A stretch of 64,000 nt of DNA from Psammoneis japonica (lineage: Eukaryota). The DNA lies in contig QPGO01000005.1 of the NCBI GenBank assembly GCA_008632985.1, positions 1,137,607-1,201,606 of the forward strand, read 5' to 3'. Position numbers and translations under genes: made by a program. The notes beneath the pieces are model-generated. The model was not told the origin of the DNA. It saw only the letters and a program-made list of their open reading frames with translations, and did not search any database. How positions within the stretch are numbered: the stretch's first letter is position 1; every line of letters begins with the position of its first letter. Positions 49,801 to 61,800 of the stretch are shown here, one piece after another.

Positions 49801-52800
49801 CCCAATGGCGGGAACTCTCCATGGTGGCACTGCACATGGGCACAATTTGGGCACAAGAAAGTCCTCACAGCGCCGCGACGCCAAGGCCAAAGCATGAGCC
49901 ATCCACTCCAAGGCAGACAGTTGTTCAGCTTGCAATCGATCCGAGTTGCTCAGTTCAGCGGAGGAGCACCTCACTTGTTTGACCCGCAGGTTGTGCAGCT
50001 GGTTGGCCATGGCTCAACCAGTGCTCAAGTCAAGCATCCGCAAAGCCTGGCATCTGGCAGCGAGGGGCACTGGCGCCGCTGCAAGTTGTTTTGGCACAAC
50101 ATCACCTCAGGGTGATGCCGGTTGAGGACGTGCAAAACCAACAATTTGACTGCAATGTGAAAAGTTGACTCCATCATGATGCTCCACTGGAGAGGGCAGT
50201 CTGGAGATGGCCTGGTGCACTTTTTACGCAGAAGTTGCACGAGAGCCAAGCACGTGCATTCCTGCACAGACGCAGCACAAAAACAGAAAACAGAAAGCAT
50301 GGCACGCCCATCAGCGACTCACGACAACACCACATGACGACCATGCATCAAAATGGCATCATCCGCATCTTTCTGTGGCTCCTCTTTCACTTGCCCGATT
50401 GCCCCAAAAGGGCCAGGGAAAGCTCGTGCACTTCTGTCATGATGGATCAATGCAAGCTGAAGTTGTTCTTTTCATTCCACAACATCAGAATGCAGCGCAA
50501 CAGATTGTCAAGGCGCGCCCGCATGTTGACTGTGCTGTCAGCCAAATCAATGCCATTTGCCGTTCGCTCACTTGGCAAGTTACAAAGCCAATGACTCTTG
50601 TTGGCTGAAGCTCTTGAGCCACTTTTGAGACTTGACACAATGGCCCGCTTGTCCCGTTCTTCACCCTCTGTGTTTCATCAGAGGCGGCAATGCAGCGTTG
50701 CTCACTTTCCTTTGTAAATTTCGGAACACTGAATTGCACAAAAGTGTGTTGTTGTTGTTCAGCTTCAATTTCAATTTTAAGAGTCAAGTTGAATTTGTTG
50801 TTTCCTTTTTGTGTGTGCAATTGTCACCTTTTTGTTTTGATTTGAATTCGCCGAAGACTTTCAACATGTGTTTCATTGTCGAAAAACAAGTTTTGTTTTG
50901 ATGAATTTGTCGCACATGTGTCACCAATGAACCTCTTTTTGCACATGCCTTGTTTGAAGAGTGTCGTTTGTGGCAACTTGCAATGACTGGCCAATGGCAA
51001 AGGTGGCTGAACTCTGTTTGTGCTTGATGCATCAACTTGGAGAGTGGGGTCTGGGGTGTTTGTGCACTCCTTTGTGCTGCACAAGCCAAGCTGAGCCTCC
51101 TGTGTTTGTGAAGGTCATTGTGCAGTTGCAAGGAATGTGTGCTTCATGGGTGGTGGCTTGTCTTCTGGGTTGCTTGGGCAGTTGGGGCATGCCAGCTTGG
51201 ATGGCATGGGAGGCATGAACTTCTTTTTTCACACCCTGTGGCTGGCGGTGCCTCTCAGCAAAATGGCTGCAGATTGAGCAAATGCAGACACCCATGCAGT
51301 GTTTCTAAATTGCCTTTTGTCTCTGGTTTTGGCACAAGAGTGCGCTCCCATTGCCCAGCCAACTGTTGGGCACTGACCAAGAGTGACCCCCTCAACACTC
51401 CGCTGTCCACAGATGAGTTGGGAAACTCAGAAAAGCTTGCCTCCACATCAACCTGACTGGGGCTGGAGGTGGGAGAGCCTGGCAGACCTGGAGACATGAA
51501 AAAACTCTTGGCTGGGGAGGCTGCCTTGCCAAGCATTTGTGTGCTTTTCCCTCCAATGTGCGATGGAGACAACTGCAACACCCTGGCTGTTTTGGCTGGA
51601 GCTTGGCCAGCCCTCAACCCAAATGGGGAAAAATCTGCTTGAGCAGGAGAAGCTGACAGCCCGCCAAGGTTGGGAGGTGCAGAGCAGGTGCCTGTTGTTC
51701 TGCTCACCATTGCAAGAGCGCCCCTTTGGCGCTGATCAAAACTCCATCCTGTCAAGCAAAAGCTTGGGCTGCGCAAACTGAGAAAAGAAATCTCGCTGCT
51801 CTGGGGCTGGGCCATCATGCCCATCCTCAGGTTTGCTGTCTGAGGAACTCATGGTTGAGATGAGCAAGGTGTTCAAAAGTGTTGGTTGTGTTGCGAGGGC
51901 TGGAGTTTAGAGTTTCTGTTGAAAATGAAAATTTGGGCCGCCACGTCCGGCAGGTGGGTCAGACTTCCTTTTGCAAAAATGCAAAGAACAGATGAAAGCT
52001 GCCAAGTTGAGATGGAACTCACCAAGAAGTGCTTGCACTGGGCTCAGCTCTTCTCACACTGTTGGGAGAGGACCCTGCACAGCAGAGAAGCAGGGGTGCT
52101 TCTAGAAAGGGACAAAGACTGGCCTGGGCTTGCTCTGAGAAAAAAGTTTCTTGAAGCAGAAATGAGCCAGCTTTTTCCCAGCTGGTGTTCTCGGGGTTGT
52201 TCTCCAACTAGCGCAAGTGCTTTGAGCGCACCACTTCAATGGCTTCACCACCAGCAAAGCAGAAGCAGTGACAATGAGGTGCCACAATTTTTCTGCACAA
52301 AATCTGCCCCAGTGTCCTGTGGAAACAGCTTTCTGGGCAGAAAATTCCACACACAAAATGAAAAAAAAACAAGTGCTGTTGAATTCTTTGTGTCACCTGA
52401 ATTTCTGGTGAGTTTTGGTGAAGAGCAGAAAGGAGACAAGGAGTTGGTTGTGGCAGAAATGAAGCACCTGATGGTTGGTGTTGATTTGCTGTTTGACGTG
52501 TTCCAGCTCTGGGTGGGACCTTGTGCTGCTGAACTGTGACATGGTCATTTTTTGTCATCCGTCGCATGTTTCGCACGTGCATTTCTGCGTGTTCCATTGT
52601 AAAAAATTGTTCCACACTGCCTGTTTTGCGAAGCCAAAGGCTTTCTGTTGTCTGCACTTGTGTCAATGAAAATGCGCTGGGCATGTTCTTTGTTCTCCTG
52701 CAGAAGCACAGACAAAGACCAAAGGAAAACAAGAGGTTGGGAAAACAAAAAAGTGCGCTGGGTCAATGCAATCCGTCAAAATGCCATGGAGTGATTCGCC

Positions 52801-55800
52801 AAATGAGGGTGTGAGAATGAAGCTGGGCAGTGTGATGACAGAAGCAGTTTTTGTTCATTTTTGGGCTTTCTCTCACACCTTTCTTTTCACAGATGCACTC
52901 ATCAGAGCAAAACAAATCATGCCATGCAACGGCGTTGTTGGTGGGAAAAGATTGTGGTGGCAAAATCTGGCAATGGTTGATGATGCCATCATGGTGGCAT
53001 CAGCGGCAATTGGCAGTTGGCAGCGGTGTGTTTTGAAGTGGGAGGGGAAATCTGACCTTGCGTCGCAACATTGCACGATGTTTGCCATGGTCCATGGTGT
53101 GCCAGAATCTGACATTGTGTTGGTGACATCAGCAGTCATGTGGGAACAGCATGAAAAATGAGCAGCAGAGGGAAATCTGACCTTGTGTTGTGACATTGCA
53201 TGATGTTTCACTGTGGTGAGCCAGAACCCAACATTGTGGTGGCGACATCAGCAGCTGCATGAGGGCAGTGTGAAAAACAAGCAACAGAGGGAAATCTGAC
53301 CTTGCGTCATGACATTGCATGATGTTTTGCCATGGCAAGCCAGGGTCTGACATTGTGTGGCAGGCATCCCCACCGTGGCCACCGATGACGCCACTTTCCT
53401 GCATCTGCAGGCTGTCCGCAGCGATGCTGATCCTGCAGAAGCATGCTGCAGAAAGCACGACACCCAGCACAAGACCTGCAATGGGCCACAGGAGTGACCC
53501 GCGTGACTGAGACCTGCGCAGCTGGCCATCGCACAAGTGACTCGCCTTGTGTGAAGGGTCTGCTCAGGATGCACGCAGTGCCGAGCATGAGCCTGTGAAT
53601 TGGCTCAGCATGAGTGTCAACCAAGTGTTGCAAAAGACTCGCGCTCAAATCTTTCCAATGACTCATCACACAAAAAGAGCCCCCGCTTCTTGGAAAAAGA
53701 CACCATCATGCATCTGCACTCTGGCCAAAACAATCTTGCAATTTTTGCACACACAGAAAACAAATCTCCATCTCTGTGGTTTGGGTGCTTGTTCCCCATT
53801 TCTGCATGGGCCAGCTGCAGCCATGGCATTGCAGCATGCGTCAAAATGGGGGACAAGTGGTTGCCAACTGCCAAGGTTTCATTGCAGCCAACAAGCGGTC
53901 CAAGGTGGCAAAGGGCACAAAACCACAATGGCCAAAAACTGCTGAAGGCACAAAATCATGAGGGGCGCCAAATGTGGCTGAGGGCCCAAAACCAAAAAAG
54001 GCACAAAATGGCCATGGGCACAAAGTCACAAAGGGCGCAAAATGGCCAAGGGCACAAAACCATGAGATGGGGCAAAATGCTCAAGGGCACAAAAAAAGGA
54101 TGGGGCACAAAACAGCCAAGGGCACAAAAAAGTCAAGGGCACAAAATCAAGAATTACGCAACATGGCTGGGGGGCACAAAATCTCAAAGGTGCCCCCAGC
54201 GCCAAATGCTTGCGCCACAAATCTTGTTTGGCCAGCGCCCTGCCAGCGGGCTGTGTCCCTTCAGTGCCCCCCTGCAACATGTGGCGAGATTGTTCTCGAT
54301 TTGGAGCTTCGCAAAATGCGAAAATGCGAGGGTGCGAAAATGCGAAAATGCGAAAATGCAAAAATGAGAAAATGCGAAAATGCGAAAATGATGTGACGCA
54401 CCAAATTCCTTTTGAGAGTGTCCAGGTTCCGACCTCAGAGACGATCGCATTTTTCAATTTGGCAAAACGCCATTGTCCGTGCTGTTTTGCGTGTTGTTTT
54501 GAGCTACAGAGCCAGAGAACACTCCCAAAAAATTGTTCTGAAGGGCAAAATGTGCTGAATCTGCACAAATTTGGGTTGCGCCAGGCCATGCAGAAAGTGA
54601 GCGGGCTAAAAACTCCGGCGCACCCACTTGAGCACATTCAACAACTGGCTGACAAAAGGCTGGTTGACTGCTTTCCCAAAGCACCGCTTGTGTTGTGCCC
54701 TTCCCCAGCTGCTCTCCAGCTGGTGCCGTGGAGTGCAGTCACTCAATTTGGATTGTGTCTGCAACATCATTTGCAACAAACGTGACTGCCGCTTTTCACA
54801 CATTGTCTGCCAAACAGGTTTTGGCTCCAGCTCGTGTGTCTCAGCGCAACCCGCCGCACGGCTTTCCTCATCCCCCAGCCCACTGCCCCCCTCCTCCACT
54901 TTTCTGCCGACCGGCTCCAGCCCTGGGTGGGACTTTTTGCGACATTTGCCCTGCAGAATTCCACGTGCGAGCTCTGCAGTTCGCACTCTGGTCAATGGAC
55001 ATGTTTGTCTTCGACACAAAACAAATGGCCAAGTTTGCAGCACGTGCATCTCTGTCCGCACTCGAAGTTTTGGACAGCGCGCCTGCCCCACGCCATTCTC
55101 AAGACACTCGAGAATGGCGCAGAAGAAAAAAACGCCAAAAGTTGTTGAATGGATCGCCTGACAATTGTGCTGCAAAGCGATGCAAAATTTCTCCAAAATC
55201 ACTTAGAAACGCACGTGCGCGACATGCGACGCAATTCAAAAAACTGTCGATGTCACAGTTCAGCAGTGCGAGGTCCCACCCAGACCTGGAGCGTGTCTGC
55301 CACGCTCTGCCACAATCTTCCTGCAAAAATCCTCCCTCTTGCGTTTCCTGGGTGCACTCCCTTCCGCATCTCCGTTCTTGGAGTTCCCTGCCGTGAAGTG
55401 CTCCAGGCATCTCGTGCACTTTCGTGCAAACAAGTCACATGTTTCCAGGTTGTGAACTGCCTCACAGCCAAAAGAAGCAATCTTTGCCTTTAGAGTCACC
55501 ATGGTGCGCTGGTCTGCCAAATCAAACTCAGCATCACCATGGACAGTCGGGGAGAAATGTTGTCAAAACTGCGCAATGATGTGTTTGAGCTCTTGAGAGC
55601 TCACCCAGCTTGAGACATCATGGCTCCAAGTCGCCGTGTTTGTCGCGAACTCTTCCTGATGCTGTGTCTGTGACTTGAATTGCCGTGGCCATCGCACTTC
55701 AGAGATGACATTCTTGACAAGAAAAAGTGTCCCTGGGATGCGGTTGGAGACAGATTTTTAATGGGCACTTCTCATCTTTGTGGAACAAAGCTCAGCCATC

Positions 55801-58800
55801 ATGCTTGCTGTCAGCTAGATTGTGCCGCTCCTTGTCGAACATGGAAAAGCGCTCAGATTGGGCTGCTGCGATTGGCAGTTTTGTGTGGCCCCAATGGCGG
55901 GAACTCTCCATGGCGGCACTGCACATGGGCACAATTTGGGCACAAGAAAGTCCTCACAGCACCGCGACGCCAAGGCCAAAGCATGAGCCATCCACTCCAA
56001 GGCAGACAGTTGTTCAGCTTGCAATTGATCCGAGTTGCTCAGTTCAGCGGAGGAGCATCTCACTTGTTTGACCCGCAGGTTGTGCAGCTGGTTGGCCATG
56101 GCTCAACCAGTGCTCAAGTCAAGCATCCGCAAAGCCTGGCATCTGGCAGCGAGGGGCACTGGCACCGCTGCAAGTTGTTTTGGCACAACATCACCTCAGG
56201 GTGATGCCGGTTGAGGACGTGCAAAACCAACAATTTGACTGCAATGTGAAAAGTTGACTCCATCATGATGCTCCATTGGAGAGGGCAGTCTGGAGATGGC
56301 CTGGTGCACTTTTTACGCAGAAGCTGCGCGAGAGCCAAGCACGTGCATTCTTGCACAGATGCAGCACAAAAACAGAAAACAGAAAGCATGGCACGCCCAT
56401 CAGCGACTCACGACAACACCACGTGATGACCATGCATCAAAATGGCGTCATCCGCATCTTTCTGTGGCTCCTCTTTCACTTGCCCAATTGCCCCAAAAGG
56501 GCCAGGGAAAGCTCGCGCACTTCTGTCATGATGGATCAATGCAAGCTGAAGCTGTTCTTTTCATTCCACAACATCAGAATGCAGCGCAACAGATTGTCAA
56601 GGCGCGCCCGCATGTTGACTGTGCTGTCAGCCAAATCAATGCCATTTGCCGTTCGCTCACTTGGCGAGTTACAAAGCCAATGACTCTTGTTGGCTGAAGC
56701 TCTTGAGCCACTTTTGAGACTTGACACAATGGCCCACTTGTCCCGTTCTTCACCCTCTGTGTTTCATCAGAGGCGGCAATGCAGCGTTGCTCACTTTCCT
56801 TTGTAAATTTTGGAACACTGAATTGCACAAAAGTGTGTTGTTGTTGTTCAGCTTCAATTTCAATTTTAAGAGTCAAGTTGAATTTGTTGTTTCCTTTTTG
56901 TGTGTGCAGTTGTCACCTTTTTGTTTTGATTTGAATTCGCCGAAGACTTTCAACATGTGTTTCATTGTCGAAAAACAAGTTTTGTTTTGATGAATTTGTC
57001 GCACATGTGTCACCAACGAACCTCTTTTTGCACATGCCTTGTTTGAAGAGTGTCGTTTGTGGCAACTTGCAATGACTGGCCAATGGCAAAGGTGGCTGAA
57101 CTCTGTTTGTGCTTGATGCATCAACTTGGAGAGTGGGGGTCTGGGGTGTTTGTGCACTCCTTTGTGCTGCACAAGCCAAGCTGAGCCTCCTGTGTTTGTG
57201 AAGGTCATTGTGCAGTTGCAAGGAATGTGTGCTTCATGGGTGGTGGCTTGTCTTCTGGGTTGCTTGGGCAGTTGGGGCATGCCAGCTTGGATGGCATGGG
57301 AGGCATGAACTTCTTTTTTCACACCCTGTGGCTGGCGGTGCCTCTCAGCAAAATGGCTGCAGATTGAGCAAATGCAGACACCCATGCAGTGTTTCTAAAT
57401 TGCCTTTTTGTCTCTGGTTTTGGCACAAGAGTGCGCTCCCATTGCCCAGCCAACTGTTGGGCACTGACCAAGAGTGACCCCCTCAACACTCCGCTGTCCA
57501 CAGATGAGTTGGGAAACTCAGAAAAGCTTGCCTCCACATCAACCTGACTGGGGCTGGAGGTGGGAGAGCCTGGCAGACCTGGAGACATGAAAAAACTCTT
57601 GGCTGGGGAGGCTGCCTTGCCAAGCATTTGTGTGCTTTTCCCTCCAATGTGCGATGGAGACAACTGCAACACCCTGGCTGTTTTGGCTGGAGCTTGGCCA
57701 GCCCTCAACCCAAATGGGGAAAAATCTGCTTGAGCAGGAGAAGCTGAAAGCCCGCCAAGGTTGGGAGGTGCAGAGCAGGTGCCTGTTGCTCTGCTCACCA
57801 TTGCAAGAGCGCCCCTTTGGTGCTGATCAAAACTCCATCCTGTCAAGCAAAAGCTTGGGCTGTGCAAACTGAGAAAAGAAATCTTGCTGCTCTGGGGCTG
57901 GGCCATCATGCCCATCCTCAGGTTTGCTGTCTGAGGAACTCATGGTTGAGATGACCAAGGTGTTCAAAAGTGTTGGTTGTGTTGTGAGGGCTGGAGTTGA
58001 GAGTTTCTGTTGAAAATGAAAATTTGGGCCGCCACGTCTGGCAGGTGGGTCAGACTTCCTTTTGCAAAAATGCAAAGAACAGATGAAAGCTGCCAAGTTG
58101 AGATGGAACTCACCAAGCAGTGCTTGCACTGGGCTCAGTGGTGCAAGTGCTTTGAGCGCACCACTTCAATGGCTTCACCACCAGCAAAGCAGAAGCAGCG
58201 ACAATGAGGTGCCACAATTTTTCTGCACAAAATCTGCCCCAGTGTCCTGTGGAAACAGCTTTCTGGGCAGAAAATTCCAGACACAAAATGAAAAAAAAAA
58301 CAAGTGCTGTTGAATTCTTTGTGTCACCTGAATTTCTGGTGAGTTTTGGTGAAGAGCAGAAAGGAGACAAGGAGTTGGTTGTGGCAGAAATGAAGCACCT
58401 GATGGTTGGTGTTGATTTGCTGTTTGACGTGTTCCAGCTCTGGGTGGGACCTCGTGCTGCTGAACTGTGACATGGTCATTTTTTGTCATCCGTCGCATGT
58501 TTCGCACGTGCATTTCCATGTGTTCCATTGTAAAAAATTGTTCCACACTGCCTGTTTTGCGAAGCCAAAGGCTTTCTGTTGTCTGCACTTGTGTCAATGA
58601 AAATGCGCTGGGCATGTTCTTTGTTCTCCTGCAGAAGCACAGACAAGGGCCAAAGGAAAACAAGAGGTTGGGAAAACAAAAAAGTGCGCTGGGTCAATGC
58701 AATCTGTCAAAATGCCATGGAGTGATTTGCCAAATGAGGGTGTGAGAATGAAGCTGGGCAGTGTGATGACAGAAGCAGTTTTTGTTCATTTTTGGGCTTT

Positions 58801-61800
58801 CTCTCACACCTTTCTTTTCGCAGATGCACTCATCAGAGCAAAACAAATCATGCCATGCAACGGCGTTGTTGGTGGGAAAAGATTGTGGTGGCAAAATCTG
58901 GCAATGGTTGATGATGCCATCATGGCAGCATCAGCGGCGATTGGCAGTTGGCAGCAGTGTGTTTTGAAGTGGGAGGGGAAATCTGACCTTGCGTCGTGAC
59001 ATTGCACGACGTTTGCCATGGTCCATGGTGTGCCAGAATCTGACATTGTGTTGGTGACATCAGCAGTCATGTGGGAACAGCATGAAAAATGAGCAGCAGA
59101 GGGAAATCTGACCTTGTGTTGTGACATTGCATGACGTTTCACTGTGGTGAGCCAGAACCCAACATTGTGGTGGTGACATCAGCAGCTGCATGAGAACAGT
59201 GTGAAAAACAAGCAACAGAGGGAAATCTGACCTTGCGTCATGACATTGCATGATGTTTTGCCATGGCAAGCCAGGGTCTGACATTGTGTGGCAGGCATCC
59301 CCACCGTGGCCACCGACGACGCCACTTTCCTGCATCTGCAGGCTGTCCGCAGCGATGCTGATCCTGCAGAAGTGTGCTGCAGAAAGCACGACACCCAGCG
59401 CAAGACCTGCAATGGGCCACAGGAGTGACCCGCATGACTGAGACCTGCGCAGCTGGCCATCGCACAAGTGACTCGCCTTGTGTGAAGGGTCTGCTCAGGA
59501 TGCACGCAGTGCCGAGCATGAGCCTGCGAATTGGCTCAGCATGAGTGTCAACCAAGTGTTGCAAAAGACTCGCGCTCAAATCTTTCCAATGACTCATCAT
59601 GCAAAAAGAACCCCCGCTTCTTGGAAAAAGACACCATCACGCATCTGCACTCTGGCCAAAACAATCTCACAATTTTTGCACACACAGAAAACAAATCTCC
59701 ATCTCTGTGGTTTGGGTGCTTGTTCCCCATTTCTGCGTGGGTCAGCTGCAGCCATGGCATTGCAGCATGTGTCAAAATGGGGGACAAGTGATTGCCAGCT
59801 GCCAAGGTTTCATTGCAGCCAACAAGCGGTCCAAGGTGGCAAAGGGCACAAAACCACAATGGCCAAAAATTGCTGAAGGCACAAAATCATGAGGGGCCCA
59901 AATGTGGCTGAGGGCCCAAAACCAAAAAAGGCACAAAATGGCCAAGGGCACAAAGTCACAAAGGGCGCAAAATGGCCAAGGGCACAAAACCACGAGATGG
60001 GGCAAAATGCTCAAGGGCACAAAAAAAGGATGGGCACAAAACAGCCAAGGGCACAAAAAGGTCAAGGGCACAAAGCCAAGAATTGCGCAACATGCTGGGG
60101 GCACAAAATCTCAAAGGTGCCCCCAGCGCCAAACACTTGCGCCACAAATCTTGTTTGGTCAGCGCCCTGCCAGTGGGCTGTGTCCCTTCAGCCCCCCCTG
60201 CAACATGTGGTGAGATTGTTCTCGATTTGGAGCTTCGCAAAATGCGAAAATGCGAAAATGCGAAAATGCGAAAATGCGAAAATGCAAAAATGCGAAAATG
60301 CGAAAATGCGAAAATGCAAAAATGCAAAAATGCAAAAATGCGAAAATGCGAAAATGCAAAAATGCGAAAATGATGTGACGCACCAAATTCCGTTGAGAGT
60401 GTCCAGGTTCCGACCTCAGAGACGATCGCATTTTTCAGTTTGGCAAAACGCCATTGCCCGCGCTGTTTTGCGTGTTGTTTTGAGCCGCAGAGCCAGAAAA
60501 CACTCACAAAAAATTGTTCTGCAGGGCAAAATGTGTTGCACCAGGCCACGCAGAAAGTGAGCGGGCTAAAAACTCCGGCGCACCCACTTGAACACATTCA
60601 ACAACTGGCTGACACAAGACTGGTTGACTGGTTTCCCAAAGCGCCGCTTGTGCTGTGCCCTTCCCCAGCTGCTCTCCAGCTGGCACCATGGAGTGCAGTC
60701 GCTCAGTTTGGATTGTGCCTGCAACGTCATTTGCAACAAACGTGGCTGCCACTTTCCACACATTGTCTGCCAAACAGGTTTTGGCTCCAGCTCGTGTGTC
60801 TCAGTGCAACCCGCCATGTGGCTTTCCTCATCCCCCAGCCCACTGCCCCCCTCCTCCACTTTCCTGCCGACGGGCTCCAGCCCTGGGTGGGACTTTTTGT
60901 GACATTTGCCCAGCAGAATTCCATGTGCGAGCTCTGCAGTTCGCACTCTGGTCAATGGACATGTTTGTCTTTGACACAAAACAAACGGCCAAGTTTGCAG
61001 CACGTGCATCTCTGTTCGCACTCGAAGTTTTGGACAGCGCGCCTGCCCCACGCCACTCTCAAGACACTTGAGAATGGCGCAGAAGAAAAAAATGACAAAA
61101 GTTGTTGAATGGATCGCCTGACAATTGCGCTGCAAAGTGATGCAAAATTTCACCAAAATCACGCAGAAATGCACGTGCACGACATGCGACGCGATTCAAA
61201 AAACTGTCGATGTCACAGTTCAGCAGTGCGAGGTCCCACCCAGACCTGGAGCACGTCTGCCACGCTCTGCCACAATCTTCCTACAAAAATCCTCCCTCTT
61301 GCATTTCCTGGGTGCACTCCCTTCTGCATCTCCGTTCTTGGAGTTCCCTGCCGTGAAGTGCTCCAGGCATCTCGCGCACTTTCGTGCAAACAAGTCACAT
61401 GTTTCCAGGTTGTGAGCTGCCTCACAGCCAAAAGAAGCAATCTTTGCCTTTGGAGTCACCATGATGCACTGGCCTGCCAAATCAAACTCAGCATCACCAT
61501 GGACAGTTGGGGAGAAATGTCATCAAAACTGCGCGATGATGTGTTTGAGCTCTTGAGAGCTCACCCAGCTCAAGACATCATGGCTCCAAGTCGCCGTGTT
61601 TGTCGTGAACTCTTCCTGATGCTGTGTCTGTGACTTGGCTTCATCGTTGAATTGCCGTGGCCACCGCACTTCAGAGATGACATTCTTGACAAGAAAAAGT
61701 GTCCCTGGGATGCCTCATGACAACGGAGACCCCACAGAACAAAAGAGCAGTGCAGAAAGAGAAATTGCGTGCAAACCAAACAGCCACAAACATGCAAAGC